NCBI GenBank assembly: GCA_024137785.1
Contig: JAHRHZ010000020.1
Coordinates: 57,712,903 to 57,776,902 of the forward strand
Direction: 5' to 3'
Length of the DNA stretch: 64,000 nt
DNA from: Ginglymostoma cirratum
Taxonomy: Eukaryota
Under the pieces are notes generated by a model. That model saw nothing but the letters and a program-made list of their open reading frames with translations, searched no databases and was not told the DNA's origin. Every line of letters begins with the position of its first letter. The first letter of the stretch is position 1. Positions 1-12,935 of the stretch are shown here, piece after piece. A program made the translations under genes and the position numbers.

Positions 1-630
1 GGAGTCACCGGTAGACAGGATAGTGAAGAAGGCATTTGGTATGCTTGAGTTTATTGGTCAGTGCATTGAATATAGGAGTTGAGAGGTCATGTTGCGGCTG
101 TACAGGCCACTTTTGGAATACTGCATGCAGTTCAGGTATTGCTGCTATAGGAAGGATGTTGTGAAACTTGTAAATCTTTTCTGAACCTTTTCAAGGATGT
201 TGCCGAGGTTAGAGTGTTTGAGCTGTCGGGAGGGATTGACTAAGCTGCAGCGATTTTCTCTGGAGAATCGGAGGCTGAGGGGTGACCTTACAGAAGTTTA
301 TAAAATCATGAGCACGGATCGGGTAAATAGACAATATCTTTTCCCAGGAGTGGCAGCGTCCAAAAGTAGAGGGCATACATTTAAGATGAGGGGGGAAAAG
401 ATTTATAAGGAACCTAAGGGGTATCTTTTTTCTCAGAGGGTGGTGTGTATGGAATGAGCTGCCAGAGGAAGTGCAGAGGCTGGTACAATTACAACATTTA
501 AAGGGCATCTGGATGGGTGCATGAAAAGGAAGGATATGGGGCAAATGCTGGCAAATGGACTAAGTTTATTGAGGCAGTCTGGCCCATGTGGACCAAAGGG
601 TCTGTTTCTGTGCTGTAAATCTCTATGACT
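1..630 (+). mobile_element. CR1-clade LINE 3' fragment (HER1-like), decayed
   Basis: ORF 197..457 has the CR1 ORF2 C-terminal signature FSLE.RRLRGDL.EVYKIM..DRV....FP...SRGH.FK...FSQRVV. It ends in a ctctatgact tail. Confidence 0.9.
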
Positions 631-1688
631 GACTCAGTGGTTCGTTGCTATCGCTGCAATGTAGAAAAATCCATTTGATTTGGCACATCTTAAAGTTGTG
701 CCAATGTATAACACTGGAGAGATTCAGATTATCAATCTGTATTGTCACACGTTTAATACCATTGATGGGCTGCTACTCGATGGGGCTTTGTCCTAATTCA
801 AAATGTTACCTCCAAACCTCGGATAAGCTAGTTTCAGTCTTGGGTCAGGCCTCATCCAGGAGATGCTTTTGCCAATGTTTCTGTCCAATCAAAAGTCCTG
901 GTCCATCCCCAACACAAGTGCATTCCACCTACTGCCCCTTCTCCAAAATCCCTTTCCCCTCTCCTCCCTTGTTCTTGCAGATATCAAGATTCTGATTGAA
1001 ACATAAGCAGTAGGAGCTTCATTGCCTGTAGTGGGCACAGCCAAAACAAACTGAGAATTTTCATTATCAATCGCCTTTGAGTGTTAGGACATTGCATTTG
1101 CCTTCAAGCATTTTGTAGTGTTTGCCACTTTGTAGGTCCATTGTCCAACTCTTCTTACTGTCACTGATACCTTTTGACATGCTTTTACCACATCCAGACG
1201 ACGTGACGATTGCTTTGTAGCCTTTCCATTCTTGTATTGCTGTATGCCCTGAACTTGTTTACAGTTGTAAACAAAATCGGTAAGGTTATCAACTCCTGAC
1301 TCGTACTTACTCCTTATCCATTACATTTTTTTTGCAAAATTTGAATTAATTCCTGAAGACTCTGTATCACCTTAATTCCTTGTTATTTCTTCTAGTCCAT
1401 TTATACTTCCCATTCATTTCCCTCCAGACCTCTGTTTCCAACCCTCAACTTCGGACTCTTGCCAAAAGTCAACACACTCTTCCTTGAATCCCATCTCCTA
1501 GACCAAAGTTCTCACCAGTACCAACCCTGTCAGCTGCTGGCTCTGTGCATTTTTTCAGTGTTTGTTTTCTTTCTGCTTACTTGTCAAATGCCATCGAACA
1601 TTTATTTGTTCAAGGTACCAACGAAATGGACGTTCTTCAAGATTTGAAGAACAATCCATAATTTGTGTTCTTCACAGTTCAAATTACT

Positions 1689-2136
1689 GTGTATGTTGGT
1701 GTGTTCGCCGAGCTGGGAGGTGTGATAGCAGATGTTTCATCCCCTTATTAGGTGACATCCTCAGTGCTGTGGAGCTTCCTGTGAAACGCTGTCGTCTTGT
1801 GCTGGTTTGAATTTATATGGTCTGGTTTGAATTTATATGGTCTGGTTTTTGATGCTTCCAGTAGGTGCCGGTGCCGGTTCCGCCTCTGGCTGTGCACTGT
1901 AATCGTCGGTATATCAGGTTTCACAACATACAGCCGGAACTGGCATCTACCAGAAGCAGCAAAAACGGGACCATATAAATTCGAACCGGCACAAGGAAAC
2001 AGCATTTCACGGGAGGCTCTGTAGCACTGAGGATGTCACTTAGTAAGGGGGCGAAACATGCTATCAAACCTCCCAGCTCAGCAAACAACGTCTCTACAGT
2101 CTGCACCCGAGCTACAAATCTTCACTCAAACCTTGA
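1689..2136. mobile_element. Penelope-derived inverted two-arm element (family A) with a hammerhead motif in each arm
   Basis: Arms ~1702-1880 and ~1932-2088 are reverse complements. CTGAGGA-stem-GAAAC occurs at 2027-2057 (+) and 1734-1764 (-). Flanked by the 9/10 direct repeat tcaa(a/g)ttact at 1679-1688 and 2137-2146. Confidence 0.8.
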
Positions 2137-5100
2137 TCAAGTTACTACAGTGTGGTTTCATGTATCTGCTGCATTAGGTAATTGATCTAAGCTGGTGGGG
2201 TGAGCATACAGCACAGCTGTGTCACAACTGGTAACTTTGCGAAGTAGTTGTGACAGCACTACATGGAGTGGTTGGTATTTATTACCAGACAACAGCAATA
2301 ATCAGTGTTTACCCCCTGCTTTTGGAATCTGAACTTGGAAATTGATTTCAGTTAAGAGTACAACCCGCCTTGATTCAGCAAAGTTCACTCTGTCTTTAAA
2401 CTAACAAAAGAGCAATTTCAGTTAGACTTCAAGCAATGATCCAAGAGAGTTCTCCTACCAAAAGCTTGAGCACACATTACAGGCCAGCTCAGTGTGGAAT
2501 AGGTGGTGTGCTGTGTTATGAGAGATGCCATCTTCTTCAGCAACCCCATGCCCACGTTCAGACTAAGCCTAGAAGATTCCATACAACTTAGTAAGGAACA
2601 GGGCAATCCTCAACCAATGCCTTGGAAAGGGATCTTGTCAACAACTTCACTGTTTTGTTATTGACCCATGGGCAGTACTGACGAGACAGCACTTGGTGCT
2701 TATTACTGGTTGCCTTGAAGACATTGAGTCAGCTAGTTATGTTTCAAAATGGTGGATTAATGAATTTTTCATGAAGGATATTGGTGAATTGGGTTTTTTA
2801 ATAATCCAGTGGGCAGCTACAATATCCACGAACAGAATTATTCAGTTCAGTTGTGTTTCGTGACATTTGAAGTCCTGACCTCTGACTTGCTGGTCAAGTG
2901 CCATAACTTGTTGTGTTGCTGTTGTTCAGAGTTGTCTATGAAGAGTAGTTCCCCCTCGCCCCCACCCTGCCTTGTCCGTACATGTTCTGCACTTCATTCT
3001 TCCCAGACGAAGTGCAGTACCTTTTTAAACGTAGAATAAAGCTTGTACTCTTAGCCAAAAATGTACCTCTGCTAAGTTGATGCATTGTTCCATTCCTCTG
3101 CCCCATTGTTATGTCAAAAGCTTCTAATTAGTTCTAAATGATGGGCGCCTTCAGAATTAGGATTTTGACTGTGTCTTCATTCTCTTTCTAAATTAACTCC
3201 CTACTTGTGGATCTGTTTTAAAAGGCAGGACTCCTTTGACATAGCAGAAATGGTCAGATTCCTGAACAGTAAACCAATGGGAAGACTCCTGAGACCAATT
3301 GAGTTAATTTTTAGGGATCAAAGTCTGTCTGTTACATTGCAGTTTGTCACTGTTGTTTAGACTTATGCACAAGATATTTTATCCTTAGCTTCTCTAGCTA
3401 CCTAGTGCATATTCTGCTATCCATTTTGCTGAAACTTATTACGTAAACTATAACAAGGTTTAGCTTGAAACCATAATCTTAGTCATACTTCTCCTGGAAT
3501 CTGCGATAAGAACAAGTTGAGAGAGAAAGTAGTTGCATTTTTAAAATGCCTTGTGTGATCTCAGGATGTCCCAGAGTAATCGAAGTATTTGGAATGCCAA
3601 TCAGTGTGTTGATTTGTAGAAAACCAATAGTGAGTGACTAAGCAGGGTTAACCATCAATGTGACAGAATCAATTCAGCATGCAGCAGGCACCAAGGGCTG
3701 AGTGGCCTGCTGCTCTTCCTAATATCTCGAAGTTGTTGTAAGAAGCCATGATCTGGACTTGGAGCCAGTGAAGTTTACTTGTGAAGTAAATCCTTCTTAC
3801 CTCCACAGGATCAATAAATGAGGATGTTAGTTTGAATAGCGTGTAAGCCCACTCTTAGGCATGGGGTCCAACACCTGTCTGTCTAGTGTCACTGGCCTTT
3901 TAAGACACAATCAGTTGCGGCTGCTGGCAGCAAGGTTACTGTGCGTTGACTACCATCTTGGGTTACCATGGTCTTGTTATTGTAATACCTTAAGAACATC
4001 TTTGCCCTGTCTTACCTGTATGACATAAGGAAACTCAAATCATGACCTTTCATTCTCAAAAGGTTTAATCAAAGCCAACGCTTTAAGCTGAGTGCTATCC
4101 TTCAGCACTGCAAGCAGATAGCTTTAAACATTTCCCCCGCCCCCAGCAAACAAATGTCTGCGAAAACAGATGATGCAATGCTTGTGATCTAATTAAGGTG
4201 AATTATCTAGTGTTGATATTGAATGAATAGTCAGTTGGTGAGAGTTCTAATGTTAGAGATGGGTCTCTGGGAAGGAACAATTCGGGCAGTTAGTGTGTGT
4301 TTTGAACAGTATCAGGCCCCCACCCCAAGCTAATTACTTTCTGCTGATGTTGGGTTTTGGTGCTGACCTCTTACAACTTCCAGCATGTGAAATACTGGTT
4401 GAAACAAAACCGAAATGTGGTTGCTGTGATGTGTGTTCACAGTTCTTGTGACAGGCTTAACACATTGCAGTGTTCATATGACGTGTGGAGCTGGCTGTTT
4501 TAAAAACTGAAAAGCTGGAGAAATGTGGCATCTCTCAGCATTGTTACAGAGAAACGGTTAATGTTTTGAATATGAAGACTCTGCTCCATGCAGCAATTAA
4601 TCTGAAACCAAAGCTTTGTGTAACTATGATTGCATGGTAAATGAATTTGTCTCAGGGCCAACATTTCAAATGCTATCTGTAAACAGTCTGCCTGTGTTTC
4701 TTCCATCCTGAACCAAGCAGTGGCTTCTCTGTTTTAAGTTCTGTTTTAAAGTTCAGTGGAGCTATACTGTAGCCTGGAGTAACTTAGTTGTGACCTGATT
4801 TTCCCTGCCCCACTTAACCGATCGTCCTTCACCTGCTACCCGTACTCTTAGCTTATTTACATGCCTCAGCACAGTTTGCTCACTACATTATACTAATAAA
4901 GAGCAAGAAGGGATAGCAAAGGAGCTTAAGACAAGAATAGTTCCCAGAATGGGCTTTGTAGAATTTGACAACAGCCCTTGGTATTTACATGAATGGCTTT
5001 CTCCTGTGTGTAACTGAAGCCTTCGTATCCACACTTAATGAAGAAATAGCTGAATGAACACACTGAACTGCTTTTCTTACTTAAGGTCTGTCTGGGATCT

Positions 5101-5244
5101 TCACTGATTACTCGTTTTGTTGAAAAGTAACGGGCAGAGAATTGATGGAACTTTTTCGCACATTAGTACGTGTTTGACTTGGTCATATGAATGCACTTGA
5201 AGAAACATGTACTCATTTCTCTCCTTTCCTTCAATAAATTGCAG

Positions 5245-5742
5245 AAACAATCCCAGTATCCTCATCAACAGATTGGCAAGCGGCTTTTGGGTTTGGCTCC
5301 TCCAAACAGCAAGAGGATGACCTGGGTTTTGATCCATTCGACATCACCAGGAAAGCCTTAGCAGACCTGATAGAGAAAGAACTCTCAGTCCAGGACCAGC
5401 CTTCCAACACAAGCCTCACTTCCCTCACCTCACTACAGACCCCTCCGCAAACTGCAAACAAAGGCATTGGTGGCTTCTTGACCCCCTCTGCTGCCACAAC
5501 AGCCAACTCCATAGGCAACTCTTTCCCCAACTCCATATTACCGCGGAGGTTCCCAGCTTTTCAGCACAGAGCCGTCTACAACTCGTTCAGTTTTCCGGGT
5601 CAGGCACGGTACCCGTGGATGGCCTATCCTCACAATAGCATGATGCACTTGAACCACACAGCAACGCCCACCTCGAACAGTAATTTCTTGGACTTAAATA
5701 TACCACCTCACAGCACAGGACTTGGTGGAATTCCTATATCAG
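5245..5742 (+). CDS. CNOT4: CNOT4 internal coding exon (498 nt, phase 1-1) containing the CAF40-binding motif
   Basis: Acceptor ttgcag|aaac at 5244/5245 and donor TCAG|gtaggt at 5742/5743. It translates as (E)TIPVSSSTDWQAAFGFGSSKQQEDDLGFDPFDITRKALADLIEKELSVQDQPS...HRAVYNSFSFPGQARYPWMAYP..MHLNHTATPTSNSNFLDLNIPP..TGLGGIPIS, which I recognise as vertebrate CNOT4. EDDLGFDPFD.TRKALADLIEKE (5313-5381) is the metazoan NOT4 CAF40-binding motif. Confidence 0.96.
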
Positions 5743-5934
5743 GTAGGTGGCAACCGGTGGATAATTCTAAATTTACCAACTTGCTGTACCCTTTTACAAA
5801 TGAATGTATAAAAGCACCTTGTACTGGACTTAGCTGTCAAGGGTCATTGTTAGAACTGCTCCTAGAGATGGGTTTTGTGATTGCTTATGTATGACTTGAC
5901 TTAGATCATCTTCATTGATAAATCCTAGCAGTGC

Positions 5935-6230
5935 TCAGGGCTTCCCAAATGGCTCAGCTGGGAGTCACAGTAAATAACCGTACTAAGATGTTCCAGATAT
6001 GGATTTGCAACCAACCCTATGCTGACAGTTAACAGTAAGTGTTGCAATCAAGCTCTCAACCACAGGGCTGCAAATGGAGGAAAGCCAGTTGCTGATTGCC
6101 TCCCAATGAGGAGAGGATTCAGCTTGATTCTGAAGCCACACTGTCTGCCCACCTCTAAAGAGTGATAAACTGAAATGCTTGAAGGTGGTTGTACTCAGCA
6201 GGCCTGTGAAGTTTTCAGCTCAAACCTTTT
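5935..6230 (+). mobile_element. LF-SINE-like relic
   Basis: tRNA-like head atggctcagctgg and degraded similarity to the LF-SINE body as I recall it. Heavily diverged. Confidence 0.35.
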
Positions 6231-6429
6231 GTTCCCTTTTCCCATCTACTTAACTCGTGACATTAGTCGATCTTTGAGAATTTGTTGTTGAGTTCTGTCC
6301 ATGTTTATGATTGATTACGTGGATGTGCGTAGAAAGGGTTTCTGGCATATCTCATTCAAATGTTTCCATTGTACTGTTTCTGGAATGCTTGCAGTCACGC
6401 TTTTAAGTGGGAGAGCTCCAGTTTGAAGA

Positions 6430-7260
6430 AAGCTTGAATGAAGTTTGTATACCAGAGTAATTTGACTCTCCTGCTTAATGCTGGCTTTTCATCTAGTGCT
6501 GAACGGACAGCAGCACATGCTGTCATGTTAAAAGGTCATCTAACCACTGTGTAACCTTGGTTATTTCATACCCCATGCGAGTGTTGAAGGTACACAAATC
6601 GAATGCCAGCAATACTTGTGTTAGATCAATAAACAGAGACCCACTGACAGCAAATAGTCTGCTCCCTTCAGCATTTGGAGAAATTAACAAATAGTGGGTT
6701 GTTTCCCATGTATTAGCGAGAAAGCTGTTGTGATCAGCCAGATAGTTCTTTTACACCGCTGCAAATATCTAGACAATGTGAGACATTGTAGGAGTGAAGA
6801 AAGAACATGCTGATAAGACAATTTGGCATTTAATATCTAGTTAGGTGACGTGTTGTCTTCTCAGCTCCTGCAGTTAGCATGTGTTGCTCGAAGTGCCAGT
6901 TTGGCACAACACTGTCCTTTCTGTTGAGCAGTTGGCATTGGATATTTATGAAAGTCACTTTTAAATTTCCTCAGGAGTTTTGGATCTTTTTGATGTGCTG
7001 CATCAATCCTGATTGTGTCACATCGGTGTTGCAGCAGCAGATCGATATAGTCTCCACAGTAAATTAATGCCACAAGCTGTTGTGGGTATTTGTGGCATTA
7101 TTTCGTAAGCTGAAGTTGGTGAGCCCACAAGGGGGTGCTGTCAGTTCATTGTTGAGCAAGTGAGATTTCACTGAGCTGGAACTAATGATTGATTCGCTCA
7201 GAAGCACATCGAGGTGTGGTACGTTGAGACTAGAAAAGTAGAATTTCTTTGTGAAAATCA
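6430..7260 (-). mobile_element. Old Penelope-like RT/GIY-YIG fragment
   Basis: Minus-strand ORF 7064..7261 has VPHLDVLL, resembling the PLE RT LPFLDV motif. Otherwise very degraded. Confidence 0.35.
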
Positions 7261-7533
7261 ATTAATGCAATGAAAATGATTCAAAGCCTGTTGGCTCCTC
7301 TACCGACAAGAAGTCCTGGTTATATTAATGCTGTCTTAACTGAGAATCCTCCTTTGAGGTTTCAGTCCTATTATGGATTGCAGTATGTGTCCCACTTTCT
7401 TCCACCTTTTTCCCTGTTGATTCTCAGGGTCCCTAAGGTAATTACTCCTTGATTGGTGTTCACTTGGTACCCTTTGGTTATGCTAATATTAGAGCATTCA
7501 TTTGTTTGTCCTGTTTTCTCCTCCCCTGTCCAG

Positions 7534-7585
7534 ATTGTGCTGACTGATACTGGGTCACGATTCCTTGTGTGCTAGTACTGCTGCA
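7534..7585 (+). other. Candidate 52-nt cassette (poison) exon of CNOT4
   Basis: About 30-nt pyrimidine tract + CAG acceptor (7531-7533), branch-like gctaat at 7482, donor GCA|GTAAGT at 7586. In-frame TGA at 7545-7547. Confidence 0.5.
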
Positions 7586-8879
7586 GTAAGTATCCCAGAC
7601 GTCAGAGCTTTGTATGATTTTGAGTGGCTGTGGGATCCAATCAGTATCTCTGCCAAAAGCTATTTTGCTGCCACCCAACATTTACAAGCTAGACGATTCA
7701 ATGAAACTCATTTGGAATGCAATTACGGTTGATTCCTGAATGCTTTTATTTTTCAATGCTTTTATTTTTTTAGATTGATTGGCCACAGCATTTTGAACGA
7801 TGTCCCACTGCTGTCCTGATATTGTTTCAGTTAGCTATTTGGCATAGGTATTTTGAGGTGGAAATTATCCAAGCATTGATGCCTTCACACCTCATGTTTT
7901 CTGTAGCATATGTGAAACAACCCCATCAGAATCTGCAAGTTTTAAGGGCCAGTATCAGTGAATTGTGCCTTATTTGCCCTCCTTGGGTCAACCCATGATA
8001 TCTCAACAAGAAACATCTATTTTCTGTTGTCAGTGAAGAGAAAGCACCTAGCAATGACAGGGACACTTCAAGCAATATCTGTCTGCTGTGCATGATTTGC
8101 TCTCTTCCAGATGTCCCTGCATTCACTAACACCTCGATTGGTGTGTTTTGAACTGTTTTTTCCAAAGACAGTGTGACAACATACATTTACTGGGAAGATT
8201 ATCTGCCATTCAGAGTTTTGCTGCTTTCAGCCTTATGAGCCTTTTAATTTATTTCAAGGAGCAGTCTGTTGATCTTTTGTCTGATGGACTGTTCATCATA
8301 AACTCAATTTTTATATCTATAATGTAAAATTCCACATATCTCCACTTCAATGGGATCTAAGCTAACTCCTTACTCAAGTTGTGTCAGCACGTCACCTCGG
8401 CTTACCTGCTTTTCTTAATCTTCTCTCTTTGAATCACAAGCAGATTGAGGTGCTATGTGGTATGATGAGCAGTTATCTCTTGTTTGAATTATGGGGAAAA
8501 AAATGCTGAGCAAATAACCTTTCTCTTTGATAATAAGCAGGCAATTCTTAAACTCATTTCATTATCTCTCGATGAACCAATTTAGAGAAGCCTTTTTCTA
8601 AAAGGTGTCCATTTCGTCCTTTCTTTCCTGATGGTCCCAGTTCCAGTTTGTGTATGAATGCTGAGATGTTCAAGATGTTGTCAAACTGCCTGTTACTTGT
8701 TGGAGAGCATTGTAATTTCATAATTGGATCTTAACTTTGCCTATGTTTACACAGACATTGCAGTAAAAGAGATTTACAACCAATTGAGAGCTCTGTCTCT
8801 ATTTGCTCTGCTCCTTTATACTCCTTAGCCCTCCCACAAAACTTAGTGCTCAGCTGCAGCATAACTCAGTCCCCTGGTC

Positions 8880-9010
8880 CAACCTGCCATCCGAGCTATT
8901 TTTTAATCCTGTTCAGAAATGTTATGGTCCATGTCTGGAGCAGGGTGGGACTTGAACCTAGGCATTCTCACCAGCAAGTAGACATACTACCACTGCATCA
9001 CAAGAGCCCA
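8880..9010 (-). mobile_element. tRNA-derived SINE fragment
   Basis: gggacttgaacc (B box on minus) and actaccactgcatcacaagagccc (A-box head on minus). The same family recurs at 43940-44062. Confidence 0.6.
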
Positions 9011-9269
9011 CCCACCATTGCTGGTCCCTGCAGCTAAGGTTAGTGCTGAGCAGCCAACCTTGGCTGAGAGTATCTAATGCAGTGGCAACCTGTAACTGTA
9101 CTCGTGTGTGGCTAGCATCACATTGCACGTCAAACCTCATTTGCTGATCACCTGAAATATCTTTGCTTTTGTGAACTCTTGGCCTTTTAACCTCCAAGTT
9201 AAGTTGCCGTGTGTGTGTGTGTGTGTTCTCAAATTCTTCCCATGCTCTCGTGTCTCATTATTTTTGTAT

Positions 9270-9570
9270 GTGTTGTCTAACCTCCACATCTCACCCAGTT
9301 CCCCTCAGTTGCTCTCCACATCTTTATATGTGTTCCCCACCCTTGACTGTACCATTGACAATCCTGTCTTGATGCATCTAGCCCCCCATATTTGCTATGT
9401 TTAATTCCCTTCTCCTTCAGCTCCTCCCTGAAACTCTTCTCTTCAACCAGGATTTTAGTGTCAAGCTTCCCAATCTCTGGTTTGTTCAACAGTTTTCTTC
9501 CAATGGCCCTTGGGGTATTTTGCCATACCACGTTAATGGATAGAAATGTAAATGATACAGTTGTGTGGAT
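9270..9570 (+). mobile_element. L2-clade LINE 3' fragment
   Basis: C/T-rich body with ccttcagctcctccctgaaactcttctcttcaaccag and an L2-like tail (cttggggtattttgc...gttaa...aaatg). Confidence 0.5.
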
Positions 9571-10682
9571 CAATTATGGTCATTTTTGGATCCTAATTGA
9601 GAAACCTATAAAGAAACCTGAAACAGCAGTGTGATCATGTGGAAAAGAGGGCCCTGGTGGTGACCAGTCATTAGTCTGGTGACTGATTCGCAGAAACTGG
9701 TGTTGGGATCACTTTCTGTAATACATGTTAAGCTGAATTGAGGAATGCAGATCATAATTTGAATGTTCGCATAAAAATCAAACTTAGCATTGATGAACAA
9801 AGCAACAAGCTTCCAAAGAAATCTTGTCAGACAGATTAAATGTCTGCAGACTTGACACTTAAAATATATTGAAGTATTGTGTTACTGCAAAGAAACTGGA
9901 GATTGCACAATGGGCAACAGGAACTGTGACCAGTGACACACTGCAAGTCTTTGAAGGTGTTAAAACCAACTGAGAAGACCATTCAAAAGTCATACAGGGA
10001 GCTTGACTTTATTTTGGAATTGGACAAAAAGAGTGGAGATAGTTGGGGAAACATCATATTGGTCTGTGAAGGACAAAGACAGAAGCCTGGTATCCTGCTG
10101 AGCATGAAAGGCACAGATCCACTTTTTTCTCTTCAAAAATGTAGTGCAGTTGCAGAGTTTTCAAATTTGGTTCCAGACTTGCAGTTTTGTATTCTGCATA
10201 TATCTATATACTACTTGTCAAAATCTACTCACCCTGCCGGATCTCTTCACAAAAGAATAAGGACACAAGGTCGAGTTGCGGCTTCATATTAGCTTGGGGA
10301 GTGACTGATTGATTGATTGGTCTGTGATATCGCTTGTGTCTTTCAGTGCAATAGTGAAATCATAACTTGTTTGTTACAAAGCAGAATGCCTTGTTTGTGT
10401 TGTCTTCCTAGTTGCTCTGAATTAATGCAGTCTCCATATTTTAATCAAATTCAAGGAATAACATGAATGTTGGCAAAACTTAGATTTGGATCGGTGATAA
10501 GTGCTGTCCCTGATTAGAGGAAACGTGTCTGTTATGATACAGCTTACAATATAAAGTAAGGAGATGATGTAGCAGTGATGCAGTTATAGTATAGTCATGT
10601 TTCCTCACATTCCATACACCTCATTTTTAAAACCTAATCTGCTGTCATCTCCTTAATACTTCAAGATTATTCATGTTGGGCA

Positions 10683-10990
10683 AGGTCTTCCGAGGGAGTC
10701 CAAAACTACAAGGCACAGGTTTAAGGTGAGCTGTGAAAGATTTAAAAGGGATCTGAAGGATGACTTTCTCGCACAAAGGGTGGTGCGTGTGTGAAACAAG
10801 CTACCACAGGAAGTGGTGGAGGCTGGTACAATTACAACATTTAAAAGGCATCTGCATGGGTACATGAATAGAAGAGTTTAGAGGGATATGAGCCAAATGC
10901 CAGCAAATGGAACTAGATCAATTTTAGATATGTGGTTGGTGCGGCCGAGTTAAACCGGAGGGTCGGTTCATGTACTGTACAATTGACTGT
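10683..10990 (+). mobile_element. CR1/HER1-like LINE 3' end
   Basis: Clearly similar to 345-630 (gaagtggtggaggctggtacaattacaacatttaaaaggcatctg). Confidence 0.85.
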
Positions 10991-11529
10991 GTTCTACTCA
11001 TTGCAGCTTTGAGCCCTTCACAACAGTTTTCCCCTCTACAGTTTCCTTCATAATGTTGACCAAAATGTGGAGTAGATGTAAGAATGAAAATACTATTTGG
11101 TCCCTTGGTACTTCTAGTGAAATGATCTGAACTGCTGCTCATGGGCTCTTGATAGCTGGTGACTTGCACTGAGCTTGATTTTTAATATGAATTCATCGAG
11201 AGCACTTTAACACTTTGATCATTACGCTTCCTGCACATATCAATGCCATCTGGATTTTGAGGGGGGCAAGAGAGGAACTGACTGGAGTTTTGTTCTTCTC
11301 ATTTTAAAAATGCAGGCAGTGATATAGTACACCGTTTTTGTTTGGCGCTACTATTGGCAGAATATAAAGGAATTCTGTGCAGTTAACCATTACTGATGCA
11401 GAAGAGGTTGTATGTTTTTTTTTTTGGGAGTAAGAATGTCTGGCTTTCATTTAAGAATTAGGGGTCTATGCTGCTGCAGTTGTTGAATTTGCCTCCTTCC
11501 CTGCTCCACCACACCCCATCCCCAAGCAA

Positions 11530-11845
11530 CCCGACCTCAGCAGAGTATATTGGATCAAATCAGGGTTTAGTTCCACTGGCACTACCAGCTTGTCCCTAGC
11601 TCACCCCAATGACCATTCTTTTATGTGTGAATTTAGTAGTTGTCAGACATTTAATTAAGCAAGATGGTTGAACCCTGCCTCTTCCTGCTGGATTTTCGTG
11701 TGAGCTTCATAACCAACTTGGATTCCTCCACATTTCCCTGAGACCAAATGAGAAACATGTATTGAGATCGGTCTCGATCCTAATGCGAGGCTATGTGCCT
11801 CTTGAATATTTCTAGCTTACTTACCAAAATGCCACTCAAGGAAGT
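11530..11845 (-). mobile_element. LF-SINE-like relic
   Basis: Degraded reverse-complement similarity to the LF-SINE body (ctcaccccaatgaccattcttttatgtgtga). Confidence 0.35.
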
Positions 11846-12721
11846 TATTTACATGCACTATATCACTGTAAAAATGTCAACATAGATGTACTGCCTGTGT
11901 CTGAATTTCATTGATGGATGTAGCAACTTGTACAGTTGAATTCAGTTTTGATTTCACCAAGTGCATCAAAATAGATAGCATTGCCATGTGATCCCACTTT
12001 GTGGCCCAGTTCTTTCGGAAATCTTTGATTACCAAGACAAGGGTTGTTTTGATGGAAAACCCAAATAACTTCCCATCCCTTGCATTGTGTGATTAACCAA
12101 TTTATTGTGTTTTGCAGCCACAGCAAAGAACTTATTTTGCACAGCTTAGCTCATGGGTCAGCACATGAACTAATGTGTGCAGTACCTCCAAGTGGCTCTG
12201 CAGCTGCACAGCTTAGGGGGGCATTGTTCGGCAGTAAATCCACAAGTGGTTTTCTCTAATAACAGGATGGTGCTGTCAAGCTGAGAAGATGTTTGGCCTG
12301 CCACTCAAATGAGTAATATGATCGGCATTTCATTGACCATTTTCAGCTGGCAGTGTGCTGCTTGTTCTCAACCAGCCTGTTTGTTTGCAAACATCAAGTA
12401 ATTCCACCTTTGTTATTTTGCCATTGGAAATACTTTATTAAATGATCAGACTGGGCCTGTATTTGCTCTCACTGGAAACTATGTAAATAAATAACCAAGA
12501 ACTGTTTTATACAGGCAAGTGGAATTTGTACTTTGGACCTTTTTTCATTAGGAGACTGACCATATTCTGCATCCCTCAAGACAGTGCACCAATCAAAATC
12601 TGCCTGCCTAGTCTGAGAATTAAGATGTTGATCCACTATTTTTGTAATATCTCCCTGCCAGTCACGGCCCAACCAGTCAGCCCCCTGTTTTTGTTCTAAA
12701 ATGGCATGTCTTTATTTCAGT

Positions 12722-12935
12722 AAAATAAAGATGCTGTGGCATGCTGGGGGAACTGAAAGTAAAGCAGAAATTGCTGGTGAAACTCAGCTGGGCTGCTCAC
12801 ATCCGTTGGAAGAAAGCAGAGGTAACATTTCAAGTCTAATTCTGAACAAGAGTCACGAGACTCAAAACATTAAGTCTGCTTTCTTTCCACAAATGAATCT
12901 GGACCTGAGTTTTGCTAGCAATTTGTTTTGAGTGT
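12722..12935. mobile_element. Compact palindromic Penelope-derived element (family D) with degenerate hammerhead
   Basis: aaagcagaaattgctggtgaaactcag...gaagaaagcagag and ctgctttctttccac...ctgagttttgctagcaatttgtttt form inverted arms. The centre ctgaacaagagtcacgagactcaaaacattaa is a decayed CTGAAGA-stem-GAAACGTT. Confidence 0.65.

Noticed and set aside
950-995. Strong acceptor-like tract ending ttgcag at ~980
   Set aside because: No CNOT4-like coding sequence or matching donor follows. The preceding CNOT4 exon appears to lie upstream of the window.
5231-5536. Antisense ORF over the CNOT4 exon (also 45091..45330)
   Set aside because: Shadow ORFs of the sense coding exons.
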